A stretch of DNA of 64,000 nucleotides from NCBI GenBank assembly GCA_002269645.1, contig NIVC01000659.1, positions 124,001 to 188,000 of the forward strand. The letters are read 5' to 3'. The notes under the pieces are model-generated. The model did not search any database. It was not told the origin of the DNA and saw nothing but the letters and a program-made list of their open reading frames with translations. Positions 35,271-49,060 of the stretch are shown here, in pieces. The first letter of the stretch is position 1, and each line of letters begins with the position of its first letter. A program made the position numbers and the translations under genes. The stretch is from Macrostomum lignano (taxonomy: Eukaryota).

Positions 35271-38200
35271 ATGGATTGCAGCATTTTTCTTGATGGCAAA
35301 ACCTACTCAAATAATCATAGACTTGTCAAAGAAATAGTAGTGGATGCTACAAGACAATATTTTCCATTGGAAGAATTCCACCCAGATGGAGATAATAGAC
35401 AATATACCATGTTAGACCTTGGCTGTGGAACTTGTGAAAATACAAAATGGTTTGGAAGTCAAGTTGGAGCTAAAAGCATTGTTGGCATTGACTGGGTAAG
35501 TTCTTTTAAGCATATATTTACCACTAGGCATGCTATGCTTGAATATATTTTGAATACTAAAGCAATCTTAAACATAGTACACCATAGTGGCACTCTGCCC
35601 TGTTTCCTGTCTAAGTTTTAGTTTTTTTTGAAGACCTAACATATATTTTATAAGTTCAATTCCTTGTTTGGCCTCTAAGGAAAATGTAGCTTTTGGTCTA
35701 TTTAGCCTAGGTCTATTTTTAGTTTGAGTTTTGTATATTAAAGGGAAATATAGGCCTAGTTAAGAAGTTCCTAGTTGGGTTTATTATACCTTTTTAGTTT
35801 TTTATGTTTGTTTTTACACAAATAAAGTTAGGCCTATTTTGTTCTAAGGCTATAATATTTTACTTATGAGGCCAAACAAAGAATCTAACTTAAGTTAGGT
35901 CTTTTAAAAGTTAGGATACAATTACGAGGGGTGTCCAAAAAGTAGTGATACTTTTAACCATAGCTCTTATTCTATAGCTTCCTGTGATTTAAAATTTTAT
36001 GAACTGATAGCGGCAAATCTCTTCTACAGACTGCTTTTTGAATTTTTAAAATTGATACTAGAAAACAAGTTATAGGCCTACCCACGAAAGTAATAGTACC
36101 TGTACCATAGAGTTACACAAACTATATTGAAATTTATAATAGTCGACTTCTGCACTCATTCATTAAGAGGGCATCGATAAATGTCTTGTTTAAGCAATAC
36201 CAAAGCCCAATTGTAAAATGATGCAAAATGAAAGAAAAGGACGGAATCATGCGCAGAAAAATAAAGCATTAAATCCATTACTTTACTTGCAAACAGAGGA
36301 GCTTGCATTTTGCCATTCGTCCATGAGTTCATTGCCTATACTCGACAACACACATGGATGTGCACTCAGTTGTTGCTCAGCAAAGTACTATCTTCACTCT
36401 TTGGGGCGCTAGCCACAGTGCCTCAGAAATTCATGCAAAACTTTGCTCTGCACACGGATCCTTTGTGGTCAGCAAAATGACAGTTTATCGATGGATTGAG
36501 CAGTTCAGCGAGGGAAGGACTGACTTGGCAGATCAGCATCGGATAGGGCGGCCATACATTCATCAACCTGATGTACTGGTGGATTCCATTCTGAATCTTC
36601 TTGACGATGACTCCCAAATGACCATTAGAGAGATTGCTGACAGGTTGGACAAGCCGAAATCTACAATTTATCAAAGCTTACTTGGCATGGATCTCGTGAA
36701 GCTCAGCCTATAATTTGTGTAACTCTATGGTACATATACTGTTACTTTCATGAGTATAACTTTTGTTCTCTGGTATCAATTTTAAAAATTCAAAAAGCAG
36801 TCTATAGAAAAGGTTTGCCGCTATCAGTTCATAAAATTTTAAATCACAAGAAGCTATAAAATGAGAGCTACAATTATAAGTATTACTACTTTTTGGACAC
36901 CCCTCGTAGTAGTGTTAACAAACTTGAAATGTTAATATTATTTATAGAAAGCAAGTTATTATACTTCATAGCAAGGTAACATTTTATTTGAAATGTTTGA
37001 AATTTGAAAAAAGCAAGAAAAAGGATAGCTAATATTTTTATAGAAGATATAGCAAGTAGGCCTATATCAAATAATTTGATACTAGTAACATAGGGTTTGG
37101 ATCATATAATAAGCCCTACAATAGAATTTTTGGCCTTGAATATATTATAATAATAATAAAGGTTTGCTAACCCCTGATTTAAGTTAGTATTATCTATAAT
37201 TAATCAGCATTGAAAATCTGCCACTCTACTATGTATCAATAGGCAATTTCAATTGGACTATTTTGAAATAAAAGATAAAAGAAAATTGATTAGGATATTT
37301 ATAGCTTTAATATATCCTATCCTTGTATATTGTTCCCCCATTTCATTCCTTGGCTCAACTCAAGTCTATTATAGTATAGGCTTAGTTAAGTTGCATTACT
37401 AACAAAGATTCAAAGACTTTACCTACACTTTCAAAATTGATAACCATAAATAGAATCTTTGTAATGACAACTTTTTAATGTTGCTAAGTATATTAATCTA
37501 TTGGCATTAATAGCTCCCAGTTATATAGCTAGGATTCATTAGGGGGTAGGGATAGAGACATAAACCTATCTCCAATAGAAGCAATGAAAGCAAAATACAA
37601 AGGCAAAAAAATTTCCACTTTGAGAAGGAAGGACAAGGAGGCATGTTCCCAGTGTCCCCCCTTGGCTATACCATTGATAGATCTTTAATAAGCTATTCTT
37701 TTTATAAATATTGTTAGTCTAATTCTAGTGGCATGGCCAGGGGGCCGCAGCCCTCCCAATCACCTAGGGGTGGGGTTGGGCATGGCAAGTACTAAAAAAC
37801 AAGCAAAATTTAGAAGGAAATGATACAAAACTAGAGAGAACAAGGAACCATGATGCAATGCAATGCAATACCATTATAATACCATTATACACATTGAACA
37901 TAACATTGGGATTGGGCCATTGGCTATCACTATGGTGTGGCATGCCTTGTGGCATTAGTGTATGCACAAAGTAGCAATGGCATAGCATGAGACATGGCTA
38001 GCCAGGCCAAACCACCCCCTAATTAAAATTCCTGGCTACAACACTGTCTAATTCTGATTTTACCATTAATGTCTAAGATCTCTCTAGTAAGCCTTTGATT
38101 AAAATGTTATACTTTTATTTATTTAAGGCTTTATTAGCTAATGTTGTTACTATAAGTAGAAATTTTAGAAAAATTACAATCTTAGAAATACCCTCAAGGC

Positions 38201-41200
38201 CTAGTATTAAAAATATCAAAAAAGCTAAAAGTCTTAAATATTGTTTATTTTATATTGGCTTTTGCTACTATTTGTATATATATTTTGCCTATTCATTATA
38301 ATAAATTATCAATACATAAAATATAGACCAAATCATATATGCATAACCTTGGGAATTATTAATAACATGTGTGCAAGCGCTTAATGCTACTAATAGTAAT
38401 AATAATAGTTTTTGTAAATAAATTTGTCAATAATAATTTCGAGTTTTATCACTCAAGAATAGTATTCACATATTATTTGTTTTAATCTTCTAACGTTTAA
38501 TAATAATATTCATGTAAAAATTGTATGTATTTTTAAACCGAAAACTAATTTTAGCCCTATTTGTTTTAATACTGCATATATCAAAATTAATATTGATCAA
38601 GTCTCAAAATAGTATAAATAGACGGGATCTGGCCAGAGAGCCACCAACTGGCTGATTGCTTGTTCCTAAATTAGTCTCAAGTCTCGCTACTTGTTGAGCC
38701 TTAAACTGTTACTTAGAAATCTTTTCAAGACTTAGTAAATTTTTCGATTCAAAGAGTGAAGTGGAAGTTAATCATATCACAGATACTACTGATACTCAGA
38801 ATACCAAGGAGATTGAAGTAAAACAAAGTAGATCTCGGGAATACATATACAGTATTGAGAAGGCCGTGACCCTCTAATCTCGGGAACGCCTAAACGACTG
38901 GACTAGACGATCAGACACTTAAATAACTACAAAAGAATTACAAGGAAGATCATTCTGAGAAATACATTCCAGGCCAATAGTAGACCACTCGGCATATACT
39001 AAGAACGCTACCAATACATATACTAAGAACGCTACCAATAGAAGTAGATACTTAGACTAATCCTTAGACATATACCTAGACTTATTCTTAGACTTATACT
39101 TAGACTGATACTTAAAGACTTATACTCAGACCTATTCTAAGAAACATTTCTCAGATTATTCTAATATTGATAAACTCATAATTTATTAATCGAATAATCT
39201 TGGTGGCAGCTACCAACCTAAGAAGAACACTTAAGAGATTAGTAAATTAGCCCTGTGACAGCTTTTGGTGACAGTGTGAAATTATTATTAGAGACAGAAG
39301 TAACCCCTAGGACACATGGTTCCTTGGGACTATTGGTTGAAGGCAGTCACGTGACTACTATTCTATCTAATATCGACTTACATGTGTGTGTTGCCAATAG
39401 AAATGGCCAAGTGAATCCCAAGGTTATGCCCAAGCATGGACCAAATATGAAAATATAACCAAATGTTATTTTTATAACAACTATAACTATTTTAGGATTT
39501 TATATAATAACTAAGGTTATAATAGCCCTTAAAAGCAACAAAGGAAATATCTTTACCTACTAGTATAGCAGCCTAGGTAGCATGGCCTTTTGTTAATGCT
39601 TGATAGCACCTATATAATATGGCCTTTAATCAGAAATCTTGGTATAATTTTTCTAAATCTATCTCTAGAATGTTTAGTTTATCAGAGGTGGCTTTTAGAG
39701 TTTCCCATAGTAAAATGAATATTTGGAATAAAATAATTAAGTTTAAAAAGGCCTTTAAAGTCTAAAATGACAAATAATCTACTGTTTTCTTTTCAGAATA
39801 CAAAATTTCTAGAATATGCAGCTAAGCATGTTACCATTACTACTAAAAGTACATCTGGAGATAGCAGCAAAGCTGAGAACATTAGCTTTGATTTGCATTG
39901 TATCAATCTAAATGAGGCTAACTGGCATAACAGTGTACCAAGGCAACACTATGATCTAATCACAAGCTTTCTAACTCTGCACTGGATTAAAAACTTGACT
40001 GCCTGTTTTGATAGTTTCAAGCAGCTTGCCACACCAAGGAAAACACTAATGTTTCATGTGATTGGTATCCAGCCAGGACGGAACTTTCAAGCCACTATTA
40101 AATCACTTGCTACCACAGATAAATGGGGTCACATTGTTCAGGTAAGTCTATTGAAATATATAGTGTTCATTTAGTTATTGCAGTGCATATTGCAGCTTTA
40201 GTTAGTCAATATTGGTAGAAGTTTGATATTGATATTGTAAGTTTATGCAAAACCTCTTTGATACATTTATAAAAAATATGTGATATTATTGGTTTTACTT
40301 TAAAATGAAGAGTATCTTTCATTTAAAGATTCATTTAAAGGTTCTCTAAACCCTATCTCTTGGATATAGAGGGGTATATATAAATCCAGAAAATTTTGAA
40401 TCAAGGGCACAAATTACTAAGGTATATAAAATAAAAAATTCTAACTCAATAGAAGCATGCACCCTATGTACCTCCCCCTTAAATCTGCCACAACTTGGAT
40501 ACTCATCCCAAAGTTAATATACCTTAGTTTTACTTTTAATTAATAACTTTAATTGGTTTCTCAAGCTTAAAACACTTGTGTGACTGATAAATAATGTTAT
40601 GTTGCCATATGCTATTTATTTACTCTTTCCTAAGTATCATATGATTGCAAGTAGAGATGCTAATACTGGGACCCCGGTTTCGAAAAATACTGGTTTTGGG
40701 CAATTTTTTGGTATTACCAATACCAGTATTAGGGTCTGGTATTGGTCTAAAATTATGTCTGTATTTTTACAAATTTACAATTTTTTGTTTAAATTGCATT
40801 TTTCTAGAAAGTAAAAATGCTTTTGCTTTGGCTTTTTAGCTTTAAATTTACTTGGGATTTGGGGATTTCTTAGAATTGGGGAAATGTTTAATTTATGCTA
40901 TAAGGAATAAGCCTGGGGATACTCTTGATGGCATAAGTGTCTGAGTGGCAAGACACTATCTAATATACCAAGGGGGAAAGAAGAAAAGGGCTATGCAGTA
41001 GATTGGAGTTGCCTGGGAAATGGATGCGCCAATGGGAAATTTCAATAGCTAATGGGGAATTCTAACAGTCAATAGGGAATGCTGGCATAGAAAGTGGGAT
41101 ATTTATAGGGAATGGGGAGGTAGGAAGGCAGAATGCCTAATGAATTGGCACTAAGGCCTAATAGCAATTGCTTAGTTACCCATTAGCTAAATATCACCAT

Positions 41201-44200
41201 ATATTTGCTCATAATTTTAGTAATTTTACTAAATATGGTGGACAATTATTAACAAAATTTAAGCAATAGTATGTACATATATAGTAAGCAAAGTAAAGCA
41301 AGGCAATATATTTAACCACTTAATAAGGAAAAATAGAATTGAAACTATGAGTAGAAGATACATGATTTTTTGTGATCTATTTAACAAACAATATAGCTAG
41401 GCCTATATTAAAGTGAATATGATAAGGCAATCAATAAGAAAATAAGGTAAGGCTAGTAAGAATCCTACTAAAATGATAACTATTGTACAAACAATTACTA
41501 CTACTTCACAAATAGTGATTGGATTTAAAAGTCAGGACAATTCAGTAAATGATTTATAATGCATTCAAAAAAAAAGCAAATAAAATTTGACTTTATTAAA
41601 ATTTGGGAGCCAAAATATGAAAAAAGCTATTGAATACTGGTATTCAAAACTGGTATTGGTGAAATTCTAGTATTGAATACCGGGATCCTGGTTTTGGGCA
41701 AGTCCAGTATTTTAGCATCTCTAATTGTAAGTACTCAAATAGTACTAGCCCTTTACATTCCACAGTAATTCATAGACAGAACCATAACCAGTAGATAAGC
41801 AACTGCAGCAAGTAGAAGTAGTGAGTCACTTACATCTAATGTGGCAGCTAAACTTTCCTTTCCTTCCTTTGGATTGTAGCCTTGGGATATGTAACTTGGG
41901 TTTACCAAATCTAATTCAATCATTAAAATAGCAATAAGAGATCTAGGTCAAATATGAATAGACAAAAAGCTTAAGTGTTTATATATTTGGCTATAGGCTA
42001 GGATACCACTATTTTTCTATTAATATACACACTTGATTTGGATTATAATAAAAAACTAAGTATAAGCCCAAGGCATTCACAAGTAGATAGGCCCTATTGG
42101 AATAGGTAGTCAAAAGGCAGCCAACCATCTATTGCAATTTCGGAATTTTCCAGTGTTGCATTGTGGCTAGAGTCAAAGCAAGTTGTATTGCAGTACAGTC
42201 CAGTTTTGGCTAAATAGCAAAGAGTAAATATGATTGTCTTATTAAGGCTAAATGCCTCATCATCTAATTAGTACACCTTTTCATGTTCAATTTTGATCAA
42301 AGTCCAGTTCTAAAAAAACTAATGAAATTCAATTCAGACTGGGGACAATTTTGTCTATGGCTAAACCTTGCTTTGGTAGCAGAATAGACAGAATGTTTTG
42401 AACTGGGGTTTGTTTTTATTGACAGACTTACTCTGTAAAAGAAACCCTATAGCAAAAATTAATGCAATTTTGAGTAAACAGTAGGAGTAACTATGATTGT
42501 CTTATTAAGGCTAACTGCCTCATCATCTAATTAGTACTACATCTGTAGAGTCTAGGTAAGGTACACCATTTGAGGAAAGTCAGGAAAATGAAAGCAAAAG
42601 TGAACTATTGATTTTGTACTATTAAAGATAAAATGTGAATGTTCACTTTTGCTTTCGTTTTCTTGATTTACTGTCTGTATTATTTGTGGGTATTTTTGCA
42701 ACTTATCCCTAGTCTACCACAATTTATAATGGTCAGATTGGCCAGCAGTTGCACATTTACAAATAAAACTCTAGATCAAGTATAAAAGTAGTACAAAAAT
42801 CTTTGCATACTTATCAGTTTCTTCAAGAATCTTGACAAGAATAAAATATTAAAAAGCAAAATCATATCAACCCTAAACATACAAAGTGTACATTTCTAGT
42901 CTAAGGTTTTAATATCTAATCTTTAAGCCTTGGTTTTCTTATTGACCCTTTGCATTTTGTTGGTTAATTCCCCTACACAAGTATTGGTATCCAAGCGATG
43001 AAATGTCTAAAATTTGTAGCATCTGATATAGAGATAATTATTCTAAGTCACTATATTAATAATTTATAACTTGATACAAAGCCTTTAACTTTAGGAAGAC
43101 AAACATATAGGCCTAGTATTCTTAAATAACTTTTGGTGGAAAAAAATTATTTATAAAAAAATTATGTATCTAGGCCTACTGACTAACTAGTGTCTACTAT
43201 CAGTCATATCACTATCAGAAAAATAAACAGAATCAGAAAAAAATAGGGGTCTAGTTTGATAATTTTTTGGTAAAAAGGCAAGAGGCTTATCAATTCTAAT
43301 ATTAAACACATTTTTCTACAATTTAGACCAGATTTAGTAGGCCTACTAGCCTTGTTTATCCTTTGACTTTTAATAGCACAATGCACAAGAATATGACCAC
43401 CCATTTTAATTATGTGGGAGTAGTTAACCCCTTTCACTTTGCTTAGATTGCTCTCTAATGCATTTAGGCAATGACCAAGATATTAAATGGGGTCCAGTAT
43501 GCTTTCAAATAAAGTACAAGAAAGTACGACAGTATGACAGAGTAAAGTAGAACAGAGTTGTCTTGTATGTCGAGTGTCAGTAGTGATGATCATTGCTTTC
43601 TTATTGATCACTTTTGCATGTTAAACTAATGTTTTGGGTTTAAAAAAATATTGGTCCTTGGTTTCTGCCTAGCCTAGATCTGAATGATGCAGTACTCTTG
43701 ACCTTTAAGTAAGCCTGGTACTCCGCCCGCAAGTTATTAATCTTTAAATTTTCACGTGCAACTCAATTCATTATTTGAATCGTTTCTTTCCTGTCGTATT
43801 AAAAAGTTAAGATAAGTTAAATGAGTTTAACAAAAAGTTTTTTGATTACTAAAATTACCCTGTCTTACCAGACAGACCTATGCCATTACTGGGCAGCTTA
43901 AAGCAAACCATTTTAGTGTCGTTCTTTTTATCTTGTGGTCTGGAAATAAATCCATCTGGAGTTGAGTTTGACTCCCGAGGTCTGGTATTCATTTCCCAAT
44001 GTTTTCAAGTTCCATTCCGGTTGTTCAAGACTATAATTGATGCCATTAACGGTAACAGAACCCTGCAATTGGAATTCAGCCAGCGGCTATTCAACCTTGA
44101 TAAGCGCAGATAAAGTTTTACTGACCCCAGCCCCGGCCCCCATTCGTACGACACTTACCGTACTAGTACGACACTTACTAGCTAAAGCTGTATGTGCCCT

Positions 44201-45962
44201 GAAGTACATTATTATTATCTAAATGTCGCTACCGGCAGGGTGTAATGTTTTGGTAATTTGGTTCTATTTGTTTTCCGCTTCGCGTCTGAAAAGTCAAAAG
44301 AATATTAACGAATTCGACTGATTCAAGCGGTGGTAAACCTTCTCTTTGTTGTTTGTCTTATATTTCGAATGGTGGTAACAGTCAATCAGTGGTATGGTGA
44401 CTACTGAGATTAAACCTAAGCAAGAAGCAGTAGTGAATTGTTTTATACTTATCAAATCGAATCCAAAGGTTCAGGCTGGATTATGTTAGCGTCAGATTGT
44501 TTCTTTTTTTCGGGTTGGCTCAATGTTAGGGTGCCTTCGTGAATATAGTAGTTTGAATAGTTTAGCTATGGAAGAGTGGTGCGGCGAGACGGGGGGGGAG
44601 AGGAGAACCGAAGGACACTGCTTGCTTGGTTTCTTATATTGGATGGCGAGTGGTCTGCCATTGGCGGTCTATGCATTAGCGAATACGGTGTTAGTGTAAA
44701 GCGCATTGGTGGGAAAAACGCATAGAATATTGTTAGAAGAAATGGCGACATTTCAAGGGCTTCCCGTTAATTTTTATGCAAGTAAGCCAGTGAATGGTAA
44801 GGATTATTATAACATACAGTGTTACGAAATTCTTTACTTGGATCATGCTTTCGTGTGTGCAGCATGTGTTTCAAGATGTATTTGTGCCTCGACTAATTAA
44901 TTCTTAGTCATTTCTAAATATAGCTTAGGTCTAAAATATCAGTAGGTCAGCGGATGCGAGTATAAGAACCCAGTGTGTATATGTGTAGTTGGTAATTACT
45001 TGTACATGTACATGTAAAATTAAACAACCTTGAGGAATTCTCACTTGTTTTTAAAGCTTCCATTCGTATACAGTATATTGACTATTTGCGACAACTCCAG
45101 CATCAATCCAATCAAACTCGTTGATCGAGTTAGTAGCTTTAAATCAAGGGTCGGCAAACTTTTACTTCATGGGCCAGATAGATAATCTAGCGCATGACTG
45201 CAGGTCAAATGAGGAGAGATAGAGAGAGGAGAGGGAATAGAGATCGAGAGACGAAATAGGTGAGAGGATCGAAGTAAAGAAAGGAGAGGAGAGGAGAGGA
45301 GAGGAGAGAGGGGAGAAGATCGAGCTTGGCCGAATTTTCATATGAAGCTTCGTAGGACCCGAGGGCCGGCTTCGCGGCAGAGGCTTCGGAGTTTCGAAGA
45401 GGCTTCGGAGAGGCTTCGAAGCCGGAGTTTGACGAGCCCTGCTTTAAATATATTTACTTTTTATTTCGCGCACAGCTAAAGTGTACATAACAAGCACATC
45501 TTGGACAATCCTGATCCCCCATGTTGCTCTTATTTCAGGCACGCAAATCCAGTTACGTGTGTCTAACTGACTAAACTAATCCAACCCCACGCACCTCCCC
45601 TCCCGCATTGTGGACATGCCACTGCACAGGCCTTCATGCACGAAACTCGATGGCAAGACCCGACCATTGCCGACTGGCGCACCGGCCCCGATCCGGCTGG
45701 CGCATTTCGCAACATTCTAACCGCCGCGGGCTTCTCGGTCAGCGTCTGCGACAAGATGGCGTTCACTTACACAACGGAGAGCGAGGCCGAGTGCCGCGGG
45801 CATCTGCAGTGGCTGGTGCCCTTCACCTCCCAGCTGCCTGACGGTGACCGTGCGGAACTGATGGACGACTTCATGTCGGTGTACCGCCAGTTCACTCGAC
45901 AAGAGGGTCCCGGTCAGTACGTGTGGGAGAACGAAGTCCTGGTGGTCTTGGCCAAGTTTTAA
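35271..45962 (+). CDS. Class I SAM-dependent small-molecule methyltransferase, JHAMT-like. Exons 35271-35495, 39797-40141, 45630-45962; 300 aa
   Basis: Motif I MLDLGCGT, IVGIDW|NTKFLEYAAKH, YDLITSFLTLHW, and C-terminal EVLVVLAKF. Both introns are GT-AG phase 0; total 903 nt. Confidence 0.85.
35925..36906 (+). mobile_element. Non-autonomous mariner with ~200-bp TIRs, TA TSD and an HTH-only ORF (36354-36713)
   Basis: TA|cgaggggtgtccaaaaagtag ... ctactttttggacacccctcg|TA. ORF has ASEIH..VSKMTVYRWIEQFSEGR..D..RIGRP..TIREIA (bipartite mariner DNA-binding domain) and no DDD domain. Confidence 0.9.
37726..38046. mobile_element. Older inverted copy of the 20828-21183 hAT-type MITE family
   Basis: Ends tagtggcatggccagg / cctggctacaacactg; 8-bp TSD tctaattc on both sides; shared subterminal segments. 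Confidence 0.8.
38865..39320 (+). mobile_element. LTR plus PBS-like fragment related to 56823-57310
   Basis: Shares gtgaccctctaatct, catatactaagaacgctacca repeats, cctgtgaca followed by tggtgacag, and gacagaagtaa. Confidence 0.6.
40652..41723. mobile_element. hAT-type MITE (TAGAGATG termini)
   Basis: TIR tagagatgctaa / ttagcatctcta; 8-bp TSD attgcaag / attgtaag. Confidence 0.8.
45145..45441. mobile_element. hAT-type MITE
   Basis: caagggtcggcaaact ... agtttgacgagccctg; exact 8-bp TSD ctttaaat. Confidence 0.85.
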
Positions 45963-47966
45963 CTTAAATGCTAAGAGTGATAATTTTACTTGGTTGTGCG
46001 CGTAACTTTTATAAATAATTCAACTATGAATGTCAAATTTTTTTATACTGCCAAGTTTTGAGTTTGATGTATGTTTGGTCATAGTAAAGTTATTAGTTGA
46101 AGTTATACGAGTATAGTTCCGTCTTATAATTCTTAAACTTTAGCCCTTCAAAACTATCAGGCAAAAAATTCAAAAGTTTCGCTCACAGATACCAGAATAA
46201 CTACATGTAGATGGGCACCCAGGCATAATATACTAAGTAAAACAGCTTTCTACTTTCAGTTCAGTAGCAAAGAAGAATACATAAGCTATTTTATAAGAAT
46301 AACGGCAGCTGAAATGAATTTGATAAGTTTAGAAGCCCAAGCTTTCAGGCGTAAACAACTTGCTAATTGGCTCAGCCATAATGTACATTAGCCAGTCCAC
46401 TGAAATGTACATGGCAGCGTTAGGCTGGAATTCCGAGAAAGGCAATAAAAATTGGGGTGGGGCGGGGTAGAGTGGAAAGGCGCGGTTGGAGGGTTTAAGC
46501 TGGGGGTAAGAGCCAATAAGTAAGCCTTGGCTTTAAAAATGCATTAAAATGCTTTAGTTAAACTTACTACTGAACTGAAAGTAGCTTGCACGCAAATGTG
46601 CAGAGTGGCCCATCTAGTTATTCTAGTATCTTAAACCCTTTCTGTTTTTTAGAAACAACAGTTTTGTCATCATGGGTCGAACTCACTTGCATGCAAAAAT
46701 ACATTTTCGAATCTCTAGGCAGCCGTCCGTGGCTTTGTGGCAGGGGGAGCCTTTCCGATGTAAAGTGCCAAGCGTCACAGGATATTAACCTGATTATATA
46801 TATATGTTACGAGTATAGAGGCATTGCTTTGACACTAATCATAGCTCGCACTACCTCCAGTGTAGATTCATAAAGTTTTTTATCTTAGCTATGACTTTGT
46901 AATCTGACAATTAAATTGTCAATCTACATCGCATTTGTTTTGTTATGAATTTTATTAGAAGGTATCGGCGGTAAAAATTTCTCTATATTGCTACTCGAAA
47001 GAGTGCTTTTTTTGCTCTGATCTTCTGCTTCGATCTTGCCCCATAATGCGATTGTCATTTTTGAGTAAAAATCTGGACAGGATCACAGTGGTTGTTCTGC
47101 CGTTTCATCGAAATTCTTGATTTGTTTTAATGCTCAAGTGTCCTATTAATTATTTCATGTGCACAGATATGCGAGTAATTTTCTCTACGTTGATTTTTAA
47201 GGTTCTTTCAACTTTTTGCCGGCTGTTGGCGCATGCGCTCATTGTAACGGGTGTCCTAAAAAAGCTTATCCATTTTAAATGACTCCTGTTCAGCACTTTT
47301 CCGATATGCGATCCCTATAGGGTACGGGCTGCAGACCAAAAGACAAGCATAATCTTAATTTAATCTGTCGAAACCGCATTCTATTAGAACAATGGTTACA
47401 GCAGCTATAGCCCTGCTTTAAAAATAAGACAGCATCTCAATGAGCACCCCACGACCCTCTTGAAGCATCTATCCGACCCTCGGGTTTTAAGATTTCACAA
47501 TAGCAATCCAGCCCGCTTAAGGTCTCAGCTCAGCTCAGCTCCCTTACCTCCTCTCCCTTTTTCTCCTCCGCTAGCCTTTCTCTCTCTCTCTCTTTTCTCA
47601 TCTCCTCTCTCTCGATCATCTCATGACTCCTCTTTCCTCTTCTTTCCTCTCTCATCTGGCCCGCAGCCATTAGCTATAGGTTCTTCATCTGGCCGTTGAT
47701 GTAAAAAAAAAACTTGCCAATCCCTGACGTAGCGTAATCCGATCTGAAAGATTTTCAGACACGCACTAGTATGGTGTCTTTCTATATTATTTTGTCTATC
47801 CCTTGGCCAATTGTTTAGCAAGATTTCTCGCAGATTTAATTAGCTATAATCTATGATTTTTTCCTTGGCTCTATCCCTCAGTTATTTAATTTTTATTGCT
47901 TACCTTTTGATATTTCACTGTAACTTTTATGAAACAAATTCAGCTAATTTAGCTAAGCAAATTTAG

Positions 47967-49060
47967 TTAATAACTGTTAATTTCCTGCACTTTCTCAACA
48001 AAGTTCCCCCGCAGTGACACGCACTTGGCCCAGCGCTCTGGTAGCTTCTGAATGCCCGCAGCGTACCAGTCTTCACCCTGGTGTTTGCACCACCGGTTCA
48101 CTGAGGATGCCAGTGCAGTCACAGAAACTCTGTGGCGTCCTCGCAGAGAGTTTTTCAGCGCCGGAAACAACTAGAAGTCCGATGGGGTCAGGTCTGGCGA
48201 ATGAGCAGGGTGAGGGAGCTGCTCGAACCCCAGCTTGATCGCGTATGGCAGCCTGCGCCTTGTGACCGAGGTGTTGTCATGGACTGGAGAAGCCGGATGC
48301 CCCTGGTGACCTTTCCTCGCCTCTTCTTGATTGCTTCCTTCAGTTGACGCAATGTGGCAACGTAGGCGTCTCCCATGTCCGTCTGCTTCTAAGGCCCCAC
48401 TCGATAGGATAGGCAGCAACCCTTTGCTGATCCCAAAAGATGGTGCCCATCCGCTTCTTCATTGATGGGACTGCCTTGGCCTTCAGCGGAGTGGGCTCAT
48501 CGGGGTGCTTCTACTGCATGCTTTGAGCTTTTGTCTCCGGCTCGTACAGGGAGAACGTTGACTCATCCCCGTCACAATAGAGTCGAGAAACTCCTCTTGG
48601 CGGTGCTGCATCAGGCAAAGCGGATGCTGACATGCCTGCATCCGATATGATTACGCTGCATTTCCGCAGTCAGGAGTTTTGGCACCCATTTGGCACAAAC
48701 CTTTGACATTCCCAGCTGGACCGTCAGGATGGACTGCGCGCTGCCACAACTGATGCAACAGGCCTCTGCTATCTCAACAATAGTCACTCGCCTGTCCTCG
48801 TAAAAGAGGCTCTGGACGCTGTCGATAACGCTCTGGTTGGTGGAGGTCCTGGGTCTGCCACACTGCGAAGTTCGTCTTCGAAGTCACCTTTTGCCTCCTT
48901 CGAAACTGTGAATCCAGCGGATGATGGTGCGATATGACGGCGCAGAATCCCCATGTGCTCATGCAAACTGGCTTCAATTTCTTTTGCTGCAGTGCCGCGC
49001 CTCTACTCATAATGGATGACGGTACGTATGGCTTCGCTTGAACCTGACATAGTCGCTCAG
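47967..49060 (-). mobile_element. Near full-length frameshifted mariner transposase
   Basis: FEDELRSGRP, VTIVEIAEAC, KVCAKWVPKLLT, YVATLRQLKEAIKKRR, HPAHSPDLTPSDF, FPALKNSLRG, GIQKLPERWAKCV, in several frames. Confidence 0.9.

Noticed and set aside
46207-46618. Possible MITE (tagatggg..cccatcta)
   Set aside because: The inverted match is short and no TSD was found; too weak to list as a feature.
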